A program made the position numbers and the translations under genes. A stretch of DNA of 64,000 nt. Origin: a virus. Taxonomy: Duplodnaviria > Heunggongvirae > Uroviricota > Caudoviricetes. Under the pieces are notes generated by a model. It was not told the origin of the DNA and did not search any database. It saw only the letters and a program-made list of their open reading frames with translations. Positions 39,053 to 48,336 of the stretch are shown here, piece after piece (positions within the stretch are counted from its first letter, which is position 1; each line of letters begins with the position of its first letter). Where the stretch lies: IMG/VR virus record IMGVR_UViG_2724679237_000005, positions 32,001 to 96,000 of that record; one strand, written 5' to 3'.

Positions 39053-40198
39053 ATGAAATACATAAAACCTTCATCGTTGCTGGCATTAACTTTGCTTTTT
39101 AGCTCTGGATTCGTTAACGCAGACAATAAACAAACGCTGATAGAAGCCGCTAACGCAGGTGATACCGCAGCACAAAGTGAGTTAGGGACAAATTATTTGG
39201 ATGGTGTCAATGGTTTTGATAAGGATGTAGTTGAGGCCAAGAAGTGGATTGATCTCGCTGCAGAAAAGGGAGATAAAGTAGCATATTATGCACTTGGAGT
39301 TATGTACACATTTGGCGAGGGTGTAGATAAAGACCTAAATAAAGCTGTTGAGTACTACAAACTTGCGGGGGATGCTCGTGAAGGTAGAGCCTACAACAAT
39401 CTTGGTGCTATTTATCAAAAGGGGATGCTTGGTAAAGTAGATCATGCACTCGCCATTAAATACTTCAAACTAGCCTCTGATGCCGGGTATGTTAAAGCAA
39501 CTTCAGTTCTTGGGGCGTATTACCAATATGGTAAAGGCGTTCAAAAGAATTATAAAAAGGCTTTTACTTATTACAAAAAGGCGGCAGACCAAGGCAGTTC
39601 AGAAGCTATGATAGGATTAGGAATACTATACGATGATGGGTTAGGCGTTAAACGCAATGATGCAGAAGCAGTTAAGTGGTATAAAAAGGCAGCGGAACTT
39701 GGAAACGCCGACGCCATAACCAATCTTGGCATTATGTATGAGAATGGGGAAGGAGTAAAAAAGGACTATAAAAAAGCAGCCGACCTTTATCAGACTGCTT
39801 GCAATAAAGGAGAAAAAAGAGGCTGTGAATACATTACTGAACTGAAAGAAAGCGGAAAATATCGAGTATCTGATTCCAAAGCCAAATCAAAATCAGATGT
39901 ACAGCGACTTATTGCTAAATCCATTGATAAAGGCGTTAACGCAACTTTTACCTGGCAAGGTGATGACGCCACATTCACCGCTAATGGCGGCAAAATTGAC
40001 TGCACTTTCCTAAAGGATTTTTCAGAGAAAGGAGGCAATCTGGCTACCTCGTTTGTTTGCACCGATAACGTTCAAATCATCCTGAAGCAATTCAGAGATA
40101 CCAAGAATGCCTACCTCGCGGTAATGACTGACAACTTCAACACAGAAGTTAAATCATTTTCGGTCAATGTTTACGTGACTAATACTGGTTCAAACTAA
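39053..40198 (+). CDS. secreted Sel1-like repeat (SLR/TPR-like) protein with extra C-terminal domain
   Basis: signal peptide then about 6 repeats of A..W(Y)..AA..G...A...LG.MY..G.GV..D; plus strand, lower GC. Confidence 0.75.
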   Translation: MKYIKPSSLLALTLLFSSGFVNADNKQTLIEAANAGDTAAQSELGTNYLDGVNGFDKDVVEAKKWIDLAAEKGDKVAYYALGVMYTFGEGVDKDLNKAVEYYKLAGDAREGRAYNNLGAIYQKGMLGKVDHALAIKYFKLASDAGYVKATSVLGAYYQYGKGVQKNYKKAFTYYKKAADQGSSEAMIGLGILYDDGLGVKRNDAEAVKWYKKAAELGNADAITNLGIMYENGEGVKKDYKKAADLYQTACNKGEKRGCEYITELKESGKYRVSDSKAKSKSDVQRLIAKSIDKGVNATFTWQGDDATFTANGGKIDCTFLKDFSEKGGNLATSFVCTDNVQIILKQFRDTKNAYLAVMTDNFNTEVKSFSVNVYVTNTGSN

Positions 40199-41371
40199 TG
40201 CTGCTATGCCTTTTACCTTGCTTAAAAGTTCAAGCTGTCGTGAGTAAGGTTTTGCGCAATAGTAGGCTTTGATAATCTTCCCCGGTGTCGCATCGCCGGG
40301 GTCGAGTCCTTCCTCGCCCAAACACGCAACTTTGACATTAAGACCGATACTGGTCAGTCGCCTGGCTGCGGCCATAGTGTTGCGTATAGCTTGCTTTTCA
40401 CTATCCCACATCATGATCACATTACGTAACCCACGCGCCTTGAGCGTCAGGAACGCGCCTAACTGATCTTCTGCATCCTGAGTGGTGTTACCAGATAGAT
40501 GCATCCCGAACGTTCCTATTGGTTCCACGTAATCACGTAATGTTTCTTCGTCAAAAATAGCTCGTTTAACCCCCATAACATCGAACGCCCCCTCACAGAC
40601 AACTACAGTCTGTTTGCCGACTGCATTATGGCCGTTGTAGAGAAACTTACCTGAAGCTGGAAGCTGCATAGGAAAGAGGTAGCGGCGTTCTGCTGTACCG
40701 GTAATGTCTCGTCCCTGAAATGTCTTCATTACCCCATCCAGATCGTAAACCGGTATCAGTATTCGCATATCGAATATCTGCCCTTTTACCTGATCTGTAT
40801 ACGGATCTACATAAGCGTGCTTGCCTTCGACGCAGTATCGTAGGTCAAAATACTTTGCCATTTCAGGTGATATGTTTCGTTCAACCAGATAGTCTGGAAG
40901 ACGGCCATCTATAGGAAGCTCGTAATGACGAGGGAGTGCAACTGGCCCCTCTAACTCGACTGTGCTTGCAAGCACTAGCTCTTCTTTCTTTGGTGCCCAC
41001 CCCTGGGAAAGAAGGGCGTTCTGCACATATTCCTCGAACTGTCGTCGTGATTTGCCGCTGTAGTGCTTGAGGAAGACCAGCTTATTGAACTGAATCTCTT
41101 CGGGATGATCACCAGCGAAGCATTTACCGACGCCACTGGTCAGATTGAAATATACCTTCCAGTTGGAGCTGCCGCATACCGGACACTCTTTGATATTCAC
41201 TTCACGACCGCGAGCACTCACGCCTCCACGTCGATAAACGATACCTTCAGTATCCAACCATTGTTCAAAATCTAATTCGGCAATTAGCTCTTTCAGCTCG
41301 CTCACGATAATTCCACTTTTAACAGGCAATATTGTGACCAACCTAAATGTTGATATAACATAAAGGCTCAT
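40190..41371 (-). CDS. DnaG-like DNA primase (zinc finger + TOPRIM)
   Basis: CPVCGSS...C zinc ribbon, TOPRIM VVVCEGAFD; start taken at internal ATG (ORF-track start is GTG at 41443). Confidence 0.7.
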   Translation of the reverse strand: MSLYVISTFRLVTILPVKSGIIVSELKELIAELDFEQWLDTEGIVYRRGGVSARGREVNIKECPVCGSSNWKVYFNLTSGVGKCFAGDHPEEIQFNKLVFLKHYSGKSRRQFEEYVQNALLSQGWAPKKEELVLASTVELEGPVALPRHYELPIDGRLPDYLVERNISPEMAKYFDLRYCVEGKHAYVDPYTDQVKGQIFDMRILIPVYDLDGVMKTFQGRDITGTAERRYLFPMQLPASGKFLYNGHNAVGKQTVVVCEGAFDVMGVKRAIFDEETLRDYVEPIGTFGMHLSGNTTQDAEDQLGAFLTLKARGLRNVIMMWDSEKQAIRNTMAAARRLTSIGLNVKVACLGEEGLDPGDATPGKIIKAYYCAKPYSRQLELLSKVKGIAALV

Positions 41372-41424
41372 GTGTTTTTCTTTTGTGGTTTGGCAAAAGA
41401 AAAGTTGTTTCACCAATGAATCAA

Positions 41425-41456
41425 GCGTGGAGGTGTTCTCCACGCTTATTTTTTAG
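41425..41456. terminator. hairpin with flanking T/A runs between helicase and primase genes
   Basis: stem gcgtggag/ctccacgc; overlaps the alternative primase GTG start. Confidence 0.35.
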
Positions 41457-42793
41457 GTAACGTCTAAGATTCGCTCAATGAAGCGCATTTGTTCGAGGTT
41501 TTGTTTAACGCGAATGCTGATCCCTCCCTGCTGGTTACGCGAACCAGCAAAGTAGAGACGAGCCTCTCCTTTCGCTTCTTCTTCTTCGGTTTTGTTGATC
41601 GTTATTACCAGGTCAGCAATACGTACTTTTTCGATGTTGTCGGCAGCGTGCATCATTGTGGCAACTTCTGACGCGCCACCTTCACGGTTTGTTTGCGACG
41701 CCGTGATACCAGCAACGTTATGCTTGTCATAAAGAGCACGTAAATCGGTGTAGATACTACGAATGTTGGCGCGATCATCACGAAGGTCATAACTGGCACG
41801 CATCAAATCTGCGTAGTCGACAACAACCATGTCAGGCACCATGCCATTGGCTTTCATACTGTTAAGCATACGGTCCAGATCTGCCGGTGACATACTTCCT
41901 GACGGACGCTCAACAACCCACAAACTACCAATCCCCTTAGAGGCTCCCAACTCTGCCAACTTACGATGAACTTCATCGCGCCGTTCCACCAACTTGGACA
42001 TTTCCGTCTCCGACAATCTTGCATCAAAACGGTCGGACAAAATGTTGGTGTGAACCTCCAGCGAGAGATACAGAACATTGTAGCCAGCAAGCGTTGCGTT
42101 TATGGAAAACTCACCCATTGCGGTCGATTTACCGGATTTAGCGAACCCCATGAAGAGCACCATTTCGCGCTTTGCCCAGCCTTTTTGGTACAGCAACCTA
42201 TCGAGAAGAGGGAGTCCAGTTGTAATACTGTTTGGTACATACTCCTCTGAAGCCTCATATTCACGCGCTTTCAATCGCTCACTTGCGGAGGTGTAGTAGT
42301 CATAGATTCCGGTCGCTTCGTTCGATCCAATCTGCTGAACCTTGGCCATGATTGCCATCGCCCCCTGAAAGTCGCCCTTCTCTTTCAGTTCAGCAGCCTT
42401 AATCAGAGCATCATCAAACGCTACGCTTTTTGCGAAGGTTGATACCTGGTCAACCATGTACGAGGTATCGGACAATTTTTCTGCAAGGATGCGCTTAAAC
42501 GCAGCAACAACATCGGCGAATAGTTCCTCACGGATAGTCTTATCGCGTTTCGCACGCTTAAGCATATCCAGAATTGCAGATGAAGAGGGCGCGCTCTTGT
42601 ACATACGGTAATAGCCCGAAACCATATTAACCAATATGGCATTGGCCGCATTGGCAAATTGGCTAGGCACAACCAGATCTCCCGCACGAGTAAGAAACTC
42701 GTGATCACGACAAAAATATGCCGTCAGTCTGTTCTGGAAATCTTCATCAAACTCTTCGGACAGCCCGCGTCCTGTATGGCAAAGTTCGGTCAT
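41453..42793 (-). CDS. DnaB-like replicative helicase
   Basis: RecA-fold Walker A GFAKSGKST, Walker B VVVDYADL; ATG start with AAGGA RBS. Confidence 0.8.
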   Translation of the reverse strand: MTELCHTGRGLSEEFDEDFQNRLTAYFCRDHEFLTRAGDLVVPSQFANAANAILVNMVSGYYRMYKSAPSSSAILDMLKRAKRDKTIREELFADVVAAFKRILAEKLSDTSYMVDQVSTFAKSVAFDDALIKAAELKEKGDFQGAMAIMAKVQQIGSNEATGIYDYYTSASERLKAREYEASEEYVPNSITTGLPLLDRLLYQKGWAKREMVLFMGFAKSGKSTAMGEFSINATLAGYNVLYLSLEVHTNILSDRFDARLSETEMSKLVERRDEVHRKLAELGASKGIGSLWVVERPSGSMSPADLDRMLNSMKANGMVPDMVVVDYADLMRASYDLRDDRANIRSIYTDLRALYDKHNVAGITASQTNREGGASEVATMMHAADNIEKVRIADLVITINKTEEEEAKGEARLYFAGSRNQQGGISIRVKQNLEQMRFIERILDVT

Positions 42794-42814
42794 GTGCTTT
42801 CCTTTGTTTTTTTT

Positions 42815-42833
42815 AAACAAATTGTTTTCTAGT
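42815..42833 (-). promoter_or_regulatory. same element, site 4 (upstream of helicase gene)
   Basis: AAACAAATTGTTTTCTAGT. Confidence 0.5.
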
Positions 42834-42838
42834 ATTAG

Positions 42839-43579
42839 TTAATTAGATAGGGGATCAATAAACCGCCGTGCTTCTTCCAGTTCTTCTGGAAAGTGGGCGG
42901 AAATAAGGCGCTCTGGAACGATTTCCATTAGCCAGATAGCGGAGAAAATTGCGCGTATGCGCTTGCTGCGGGGGATGGTGCGTAAACGCTCCAGAATCCA
43001 CTCAAAATAGCTTTCCTGAATCGGGTTGAACTGCATGTCTCCCATATGCTTAAAGCTAACCAGAGAGTCATCCAGACGGGTTGTTGCGCGTCTGGCTAAT
43101 TTCTCTTCGAATATCTCAATCAACTCTGGCTGCCACAAATGCTGTGGGCGCGGCAGCTTGTCCCACAGACGTCGTGCAGCTGCGGAAAGAACGGTGGAAA
43201 TAAAGTAGTCGTATGAGCAGCAATAGCGGTCAGCAAACTGGCGTGCTTTCCATAGCGACGTTTTATTGGCAGTCGACAACTCCTGATAAGGCAGGCGTTT
43301 TAACCCGGTGGTGAACGGAGCTGTTTCAAAGTGTTCGCGACCGTGCGTCAGCATGATATTTGAGTACTGACGTTTGTATGCCTCCGTAAAAAGACAGGTG
43401 GCCATGAGAGGATGCATGTCGCGGTAATCAAACCACTTCGTCTCGAAGAGTTCAGCCTCGTCTTTACAGCGCGACAAACCAATGTTTTCAGCGACCCACT
43501 TGTCCATAACAGCGGTATTCCACTCTGTCATGAAGTCGTACTGGTCGTTGTCGATGGTATCGAAAAAGATTTGGCTCAT
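42839..43579 (-). CDS. hypothetical protein (position suggests helicase loader or replication accessory)
   Basis: 246-aa ORF directly upstream of helicase; AGGTGA RBS. Confidence 0.4.
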   Translation of the reverse strand: MSQIFFDTIDNDQYDFMTEWNTAVMDKWVAENIGLSRCKDEAELFETKWFDYRDMHPLMATCLFTEAYKRQYSNIMLTHGREHFETAPFTTGLKRLPYQELSTANKTSLWKARQFADRYCCSYDYFISTVLSAAARRLWDKLPRPQHLWQPELIEIFEEKLARRATTRLDDSLVSFKHMGDMQFNPIQESYFEWILERLRTIPRSKRIRAIFSAIWLMEIVPERLISAHFPEELEEARRFIDPLSN

Positions 43580-43860
43580 GTGGCTCACCTGGTAGGTAGT
43601 TACTTACTTATCACAATGAGCGGATGATAGCGACTGGTGGCAGTTTTTGGAAGTGGAAACGGAAGGGAGTTGTTCTGGTGGTGTCTTTTAAAAGACCTGC
43701 TTCCGTATATATTTAATAAGTTACTTATTATTTATATATACAGAAGCAGGCATAACTTGTCGTCTTAGACGCCCAGAAGCTCTACACTTTGAGCCTGTTA
43801 AATTGATTAAAACCTATGTGTAAAATAGAACGCATTAGTCAGTAGCAAAGAGATGCAATA

Positions 43861-44628
43861 ATGGACGATTTATCGGTATACGCGAGATCATTGGATAAGG
43901 CTAAATACTATGTTTACTGTCTCTATGATACAGAAGACAAGATGAAAAGACCGTTTTACATAGGAAAAGGCAAATCGACTCGTTGTCTCGATCACATCAA
44001 GTATCCCGATGACTCTCCCAAATCCATGCGGATCAAAGAACTTTTGGCTAATAAAAAATTAGGCATAGATATTCTTCGTCATGGTATGGATGAAACCACA
44101 GCCAAACTTGTTGAGGCGACATGCATCGACCTTATGGGGGTCGGAGAGCTTACGAATAAGGTTCGAGGAAGTGGTTCCATGATGGGCAGAATATCACTGG
44201 ACGCCTACCATCACTTAGTGCTGCAAGAGGAAACTGAAATTGCTCCTGAGCACGCCGGTCTTGCCTTCCTGCTAAACAGCACCTACAAGTCAGGAATGTC
44301 CGCTCTGGCATTATATGAAGCTACGCGTGGCGTATGGGCAAAGGTTCCAAGAGACGAGAATCTCAAATATGCCTACGCTACATATGGTGGGCTGATAATG
44401 GAAGTTTATCAGATTGAATGCTGGGTCAAAGCCGGTTCTCAGCAGTACTTTACAAGGGATATAGCTCTTGGCCCCGACACAAAACGTTATGAATTTGTTG
44501 GCAGAATAGCCGATGAGCATATTAGAAAACTGTATGTAGGCAAATTAATCAAGAAGCCACCAAGCTACGGTAGCCCTTTTGTGAAGGTTGGGATGGTTAG
44601 GACTGAACATAGTGTTAGCGCGGCATAA
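43861..44628 (+). CDS. GIY-YIG domain nuclease
   Basis: N-terminal YYVYCLYD...FYIGKGKSTRCLDH matches GIY-(8-10)-YIG-R spacing; plus strand. Confidence 0.6.
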   Translation: MDDLSVYARSLDKAKYYVYCLYDTEDKMKRPFYIGKGKSTRCLDHIKYPDDSPKSMRIKELLANKKLGIDILRHGMDETTAKLVEATCIDLMGVGELTNKVRGSGSMMGRISLDAYHHLVLQEETEIAPEHAGLAFLLNSTYKSGMSALALYEATRGVWAKVPRDENLKYAYATYGGLIMEVYQIECWVKAGSQQYFTRDIALGPDTKRYEFVGRIADEHIRKLYVGKLIKKPPSYGSPFVKVGMVRTEHSVSAA

Positions 44629-44645
44629 AGCTGACACTGTAGTTA

Positions 44646-44683
44646 TGCATTGGCGCAATGTACGCGCCAATGCATGATTTTTA
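44646..44683 (+). terminator. rho-independent terminator after GIY-YIG gene
   Basis: 12-bp perfect stem atgcattggcgc/gcgccaatgcat, 7-nt loop, T-run. Confidence 0.55.
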
Positions 44684-45040
44684 ACCTTTCTTCATCAACT
44701 CTCGTTTGATTTCATCGGTACGCATCGTGACATCGGCAGCGGTGATCGCCTCATTCAATTTCACGATGTCCTCGATTTCCTGCGGTGACTTCTCTGCCAG
44801 ATGGAAAATGGCTGCTCGAATCACGTCAGAACGAGTGAACTTCTCGAAGCGAGGGATGAACTTCATCATCTCCAGCAGTTCGAAGTATTCGTCCTCCAGT
44901 GACATTGTGCGGCTTTTAATTTTCTCTTTGCCACGAGTCGGGCGTCCCTGTGGTCTGACTGGTTGGCGCAAAGGAGTTGTGTTCTTAGCCGGTGCATCAG
45001 GCTCTTTGCGCTTTGCTAGGTCACCCATTTTCATGGACAT
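44681..45040 (-). CDS. ParG-like partition protein (putative ribbon-helix-helix)
   Basis: small basic protein immediately downstream of parA-like gene, start overlaps its stop. Confidence 0.45.
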   Translation of the reverse strand: MSMKMGDLAKRKEPDAPAKNTTPLRQPVRPQGRPTRGKEKIKSRTMSLEDEYFELLEMMKFIPRFEKFTRSDVIRAAIFHLAEKSPQEIEDIVKLNEAITAADVTMRTDEIKRELMKKG

Positions 45041-45708
45041 TATTCTTCTTCCTCCAGACTCAACAGATAATCTACAAATTCTTCAAACTCGGCTTCCGCC
45101 TTTTTGTCGCGCTCGCTACCGGTCATTTCAAAGATAGAACGACCAGACTCTTCCGCATCATCATAGACGTTGCGGTTATATAGATTGACTGGCGCAGACT
45201 CGATTCCAAACGTCTCAACAATCTCTTTAGCCGCCAGAATGCGAGACACTTGTGATGGCAAAGCCGGGCACTGGTTCATGACCGCGCGGACCTTCACTTT
45301 ATCGTTTACATTGCGAACATTGTCGATAATAGGATCGATGTCACGTAAAGATTTCAAATCACGACGCTTAGGACGCAGCGGGATAATGATAACGTCAGCC
45401 ATCAGCATCGCTTGTCGCTGAATTTCGGAGTCAAAGCCACCAGCATCTACCACTACATACTCAGCTCTACCCTGAAGCGATTTTAGGTGCTTAATGATGT
45501 CATCCTGAACGTATGCAAAAGGAATCAGCTCAAGGTCTTCGTTCTGTCGACGGTCTTCACACCAGCTCGTTGTCGTGCGCTGAATATCTATATCGGTGAT
45601 ATAAACCTTCTTCTTCTTTTTGACTTTCAGGCAAACGGCAATTTGCTGGGCAACGGTGGATTTGCCAGGCCCGCCCTTTGTGCCGCCAACCACAAAGATC
45701 TTGGTCAT
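45040..45708 (-). CDS. parA: ParA/ParF-type partition ATPase
   Basis: deviant Walker A GGTKGGPGKST, short type Ib form. Confidence 0.8.
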   Translation of the reverse strand: MTKIFVVGGTKGGPGKSTVAQQIAVCLKVKKKKKVYITDIDIQRTTTSWCEDRRQNEDLELIPFAYVQDDIIKHLKSLQGRAEYVVVDAGGFDSEIQRQAMLMADVIIIPLRPKRRDLKSLRDIDPIIDNVRNVNDKVKVRAVMNQCPALPSQVSRILAAKEIVETFGIESAPVNLYNRNVYDDAEESGRSIFEMTGSERDKKAEAEFEEFVDYLLSLEEEE

Positions 45709-45743
45709 TGGAGAGTTCCCTTTGCGTATATAATTATCGTCTG

Positions 45744-45762
45744 AAACAACTTGTTTTCTTAT
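45744..45762 (-). promoter_or_regulatory. same element, site 5 (upstream of parA)
   Basis: AAACAACTTGTTTTCTTAT. Confidence 0.5.
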
Positions 45763-45854
45763 ATGTGATATAGCCTAAATGCCTACGGCTGTGGTGTAAA
45801 GGTTAAATGGTAGGTGCTGCCTTAGAATTTTTAGGCGAGAATCAATGGCTGTTA

Positions 45855-45888
45855 ACAAAAAAGGCGACCAAAGTCGCCTGATTTTTAA
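45855..45888 (-). terminator. rho-independent terminator
   Basis: stem aggcgac/gtcgcct flanked by A-run and T-run. Confidence 0.5.
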
Positions 45889-46637
45889 TCTTTTAGGTAT
45901 AAACCTACTGGAGTTCTTGTTTTGCGGGAGATGATAAGTACGATAAATTTCTGAACGTTAACTTGCACTTTGTTTGGGAGCCAAGAGCTTAACTCTGCAT
46001 CAAGCAACAATCCTCTGTTCCACGGCAAAAATCCGGTTTCTTTCCCCATCCCGTACTCGCCTAACACATCCTCGAACGTTTCTGTTTTGGCATTGTATAT
46101 ACGCACATCGCCGGTTCGCATGAGAGGCCCTGCCCAGATCTTAGCACCAGGAATGGTTTGTGTATCGTCGCAGACTAAATGCTCATACCAATGAAGAAGA
46201 AAGAGATAGGTACGGTGACACAATCCTCGCTGACGACGCTCTCTGACAGTTTCGACACCAGCTACCTGGTAACATTCGATCTCATTACCGTCTTCAACAA
46301 AACTATATTCACGCAGAGCTATCCTACCAGCGATCGTATTTTTGTTTTCGTCCAGAAGCCCGGACTGGAGCACCTCTTTGATAATCTCTTCTTCAGGGGC
46401 ATCTTCATCCGCTCGATCTAAGATGAATTCGCTCAGGTCGCCTTGGTCGCGCGCACCTACACGTTCCATAGAGACATACAGGCAAATGTCATCTTCTGGT
46501 TCAATGATTTCAATTTCTGAGATTTTATAGAGGGAGGCTTCATTGATAAGAAAGCCAAAACGAACAACACGAGTCTCCCCTTTATGAGGAAACTCGCTTA
46601 GATCTTTTGAATATGCGCTATCTAGTGTAGGAGCCAT
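45885..46637 (-). CDS. hypothetical protein
   Basis: 250-aa ORF. Confidence 0.45.
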   Translation of the reverse strand: MAPTLDSAYSKDLSEFPHKGETRVVRFGFLINEASLYKISEIEIIEPEDDICLYVSMERVGARDQGDLSEFILDRADEDAPEEEIIKEVLQSGLLDENKNTIAGRIALREYSFVEDGNEIECYQVAGVETVRERRQRGLCHRTYLFLLHWYEHLVCDDTQTIPGAKIWAGPLMRTGDVRIYNAKTETFEDVLGEYGMGKETGFLPWNRGLLLDAELSSWLPNKVQVNVQKFIVLIISRKTRTPVGLYLKD

Positions 46638-47005
46638 TTTGTAGCAGAATCATCAGCCTTAACCGTGCTGACAATGCTACCATGATTGCGTAAGAAGCGG
46701 CGAATAGAATGTTCAATAACCTCCGAAAAAGCCTCGATAAAACGAGACAGCTCAGGGTACTGTTTAGCTGGCTTGACTACAAAACGAACACGACCATTCA
46801 GGTAAATTGCTTCAGCTAATGGCTTCACGCTTGCACCAGCGCGCTCAACATCGTCTTTGAAGGTAACGATGAAGCGTGAGTCTTCCGGTTCAATAGCGTC
46901 ATTATTGAGCTTACGTACTTCAAGCTTGTGCTGATTCAGCACATGAGTCTCGATAATACTCGTGCAATCGCGAATAGTTTGTATAGAACGTTTCTCGTTC
47001 AGCAT
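46622..47005 (-). CDS. hypothetical protein
   Basis: 127-aa ORF with AAGGTGGA RBS. Confidence 0.45.
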   Translation of the reverse strand: MLNEKRSIQTIRDCTSIIETHVLNQHKLEVRKLNNDAIEPEDSRFIVTFKDDVERAGASVKPLAEAIYLNGRVRFVVKPAKQYPELSRFIEAFSEVIEHSIRRFLRNHGSIVSTVKADDSATKWLLH

Positions 47006-47229
47006 GTGTCCACCTTAGCCGTTAACACAAGTGTCATTGCGGCACCCCTCTCGGGGTTGAAGGCTACGAGGATGCGTAGCCTGTATGTGCCCACTTACGT
47101 GGATGCCTAATAAATCTACATCAAATTACTAAATGATTCAACATGAGCTTGAGTGAACAGGCGTGTATATGAGTGAAGATGCCATCTTTAGGATAAAAGG
47201 TAAACTGAGACCACTCATCAATCATCGAC

Positions 47230-47457
47230 TCAGTTCAGGTGCCCCCACTCACACAGCCTTTCACCTATCGTATTGTGGATAAGCAACTGTCGCTCCGTTT
47301 CCTCAGTCATAAAATCCTCTCTACTCACATAGATAGGATTTGCAGCATCGCAGAATAGCACGCCTGGAGCCTGCGTCTTAATCACGCACCCATTTATCAA
47401 ACAGCTCGCGATGAACACCAGAGGCATCTTTTTGCCGCACTTCATTAACCGTTTCAT
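47230..47457 (-). CDS. o-spanin (Rz1-like lipoprotein) in alternative frame overlapping Rz
   Basis: signal peptide with lipobox LINGC; start codon uncertain. Confidence 0.45.
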   Translation of the reverse strand: MKRLMKCGKKMPLVFIASCLINGCVIKTQAPGVLFCDAANPIYVSREDFMTEETERQLLIHNTIGERLCEWGHLN

Positions 47458-47629
47458 TTTTGACATCCACTGTGCTTTGAAGTCGTTTTCTGTCTTCCTG
47501 TTTTGCCTTCTCTTCCATTGCTCGTCGCGCCGCATTTCCGCCCATCGTGTAAGCGCCGACCAGAACGAAAAGAACGGCAGCCAGCGTAATCAAAGCAACT
47601 TTTAGCTTTGTCATCAGGCTGCCTAGCAT
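47378..47629 (-). CDS. i-spanin (Rz-like)
   Basis: N-terminal TM helix followed by charged coiled-coil region; AAAGGGA RBS. Confidence 0.55.
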   Translation of the reverse strand: MLGSLMTKLKVALITLAAVLFVLVGAYTMGGNAARRAMEEKAKQEDRKRLQSTVDVKNETVNEVRQKDASGVHRELFDKWVRD

Positions 47630-47630
47630 A

Positions 47631-48323
47631 TTAGACCATCCCTTTCTGGTGTCTTCTTACCTGCGACCAGGCGATAAATCCAGCCACAACAATAGTGGCA
47701 ATACCGAAGATGATGCGTACTGTATCCCCGCTAGAGATATGACCTTGTGCTTTATCCATAGCAGCGGAAACCTGCGGCATAACATCGGCCAGCTGCGCCA
47801 GACCAATACCTGCTGTAACAGTTGCGCCTGCTGTTTCTTTAGTTACAGGAACAGCCTTCACGGTTTTCACCGGCTTAACGACGCCAGCTCGACGCAGACC
47901 TTCCTCAATAACTTCTGCCGCATACCAGGTGTTCAGCGTTTTTAGCGGACCTCGCCCATTCTCATGGCGAATGATTGCCTCAACCAAAGGTCGAAGAATG
48001 TCGTAATCATGCAGATCGATAATCATGTCTGCGGTTACACCAACGGCTTTAGACACCTCATTAATGTAGGCGTCAGTATTGTTTTCATTCGGCGGTGCCC
48101 AGCGTTCAATAACTTCACGAATGGTATCGATACTTGAGCCGTCTTTTGCGCGACGTTTGTCGTGGTAGGTAATTAGAGTCACCGCCAGCGCACGAATCCC
48201 CCAAACAGGGTCTTTAAACGTGCAAAAGCGCGGTTCGTCTGGATTCGCAACCAGACCTTGCCACGGTGATCCTTTATCAAGATTACCGGGGTTATTATTA
48301 CGAATGCCTCTCGGAGTCTTCAT
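47631..48323 (-). CDS. putative endolysin (peptidoglycan hydrolase) with C-terminal hydrophobic segment
   Basis: position between holin-like gene and spanins; IRNNNPGNL motif; enzymatic family not confirmed. Confidence 0.4.
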   Translation of the reverse strand: MKTPRGIRNNNPGNLDKGSPWQGLVANPDEPRFCTFKDPVWGIRALAVTLITYHDKRRAKDGSSIDTIREVIERWAPPNENNTDAYINEVSKAVGVTADMIIDLHDYDILRPLVEAIIRHENGRGPLKTLNTWYAAEVIEEGLRRAGVVKPVKTVKAVPVTKETAGATVTAGIGLAQLADVMPQVSAAMDKAQGHISSGDTVRIIFGIATIVVAGFIAWSQVRRHQKGMV

Positions 48324-48336
48324 CCTTGATCTCCTG

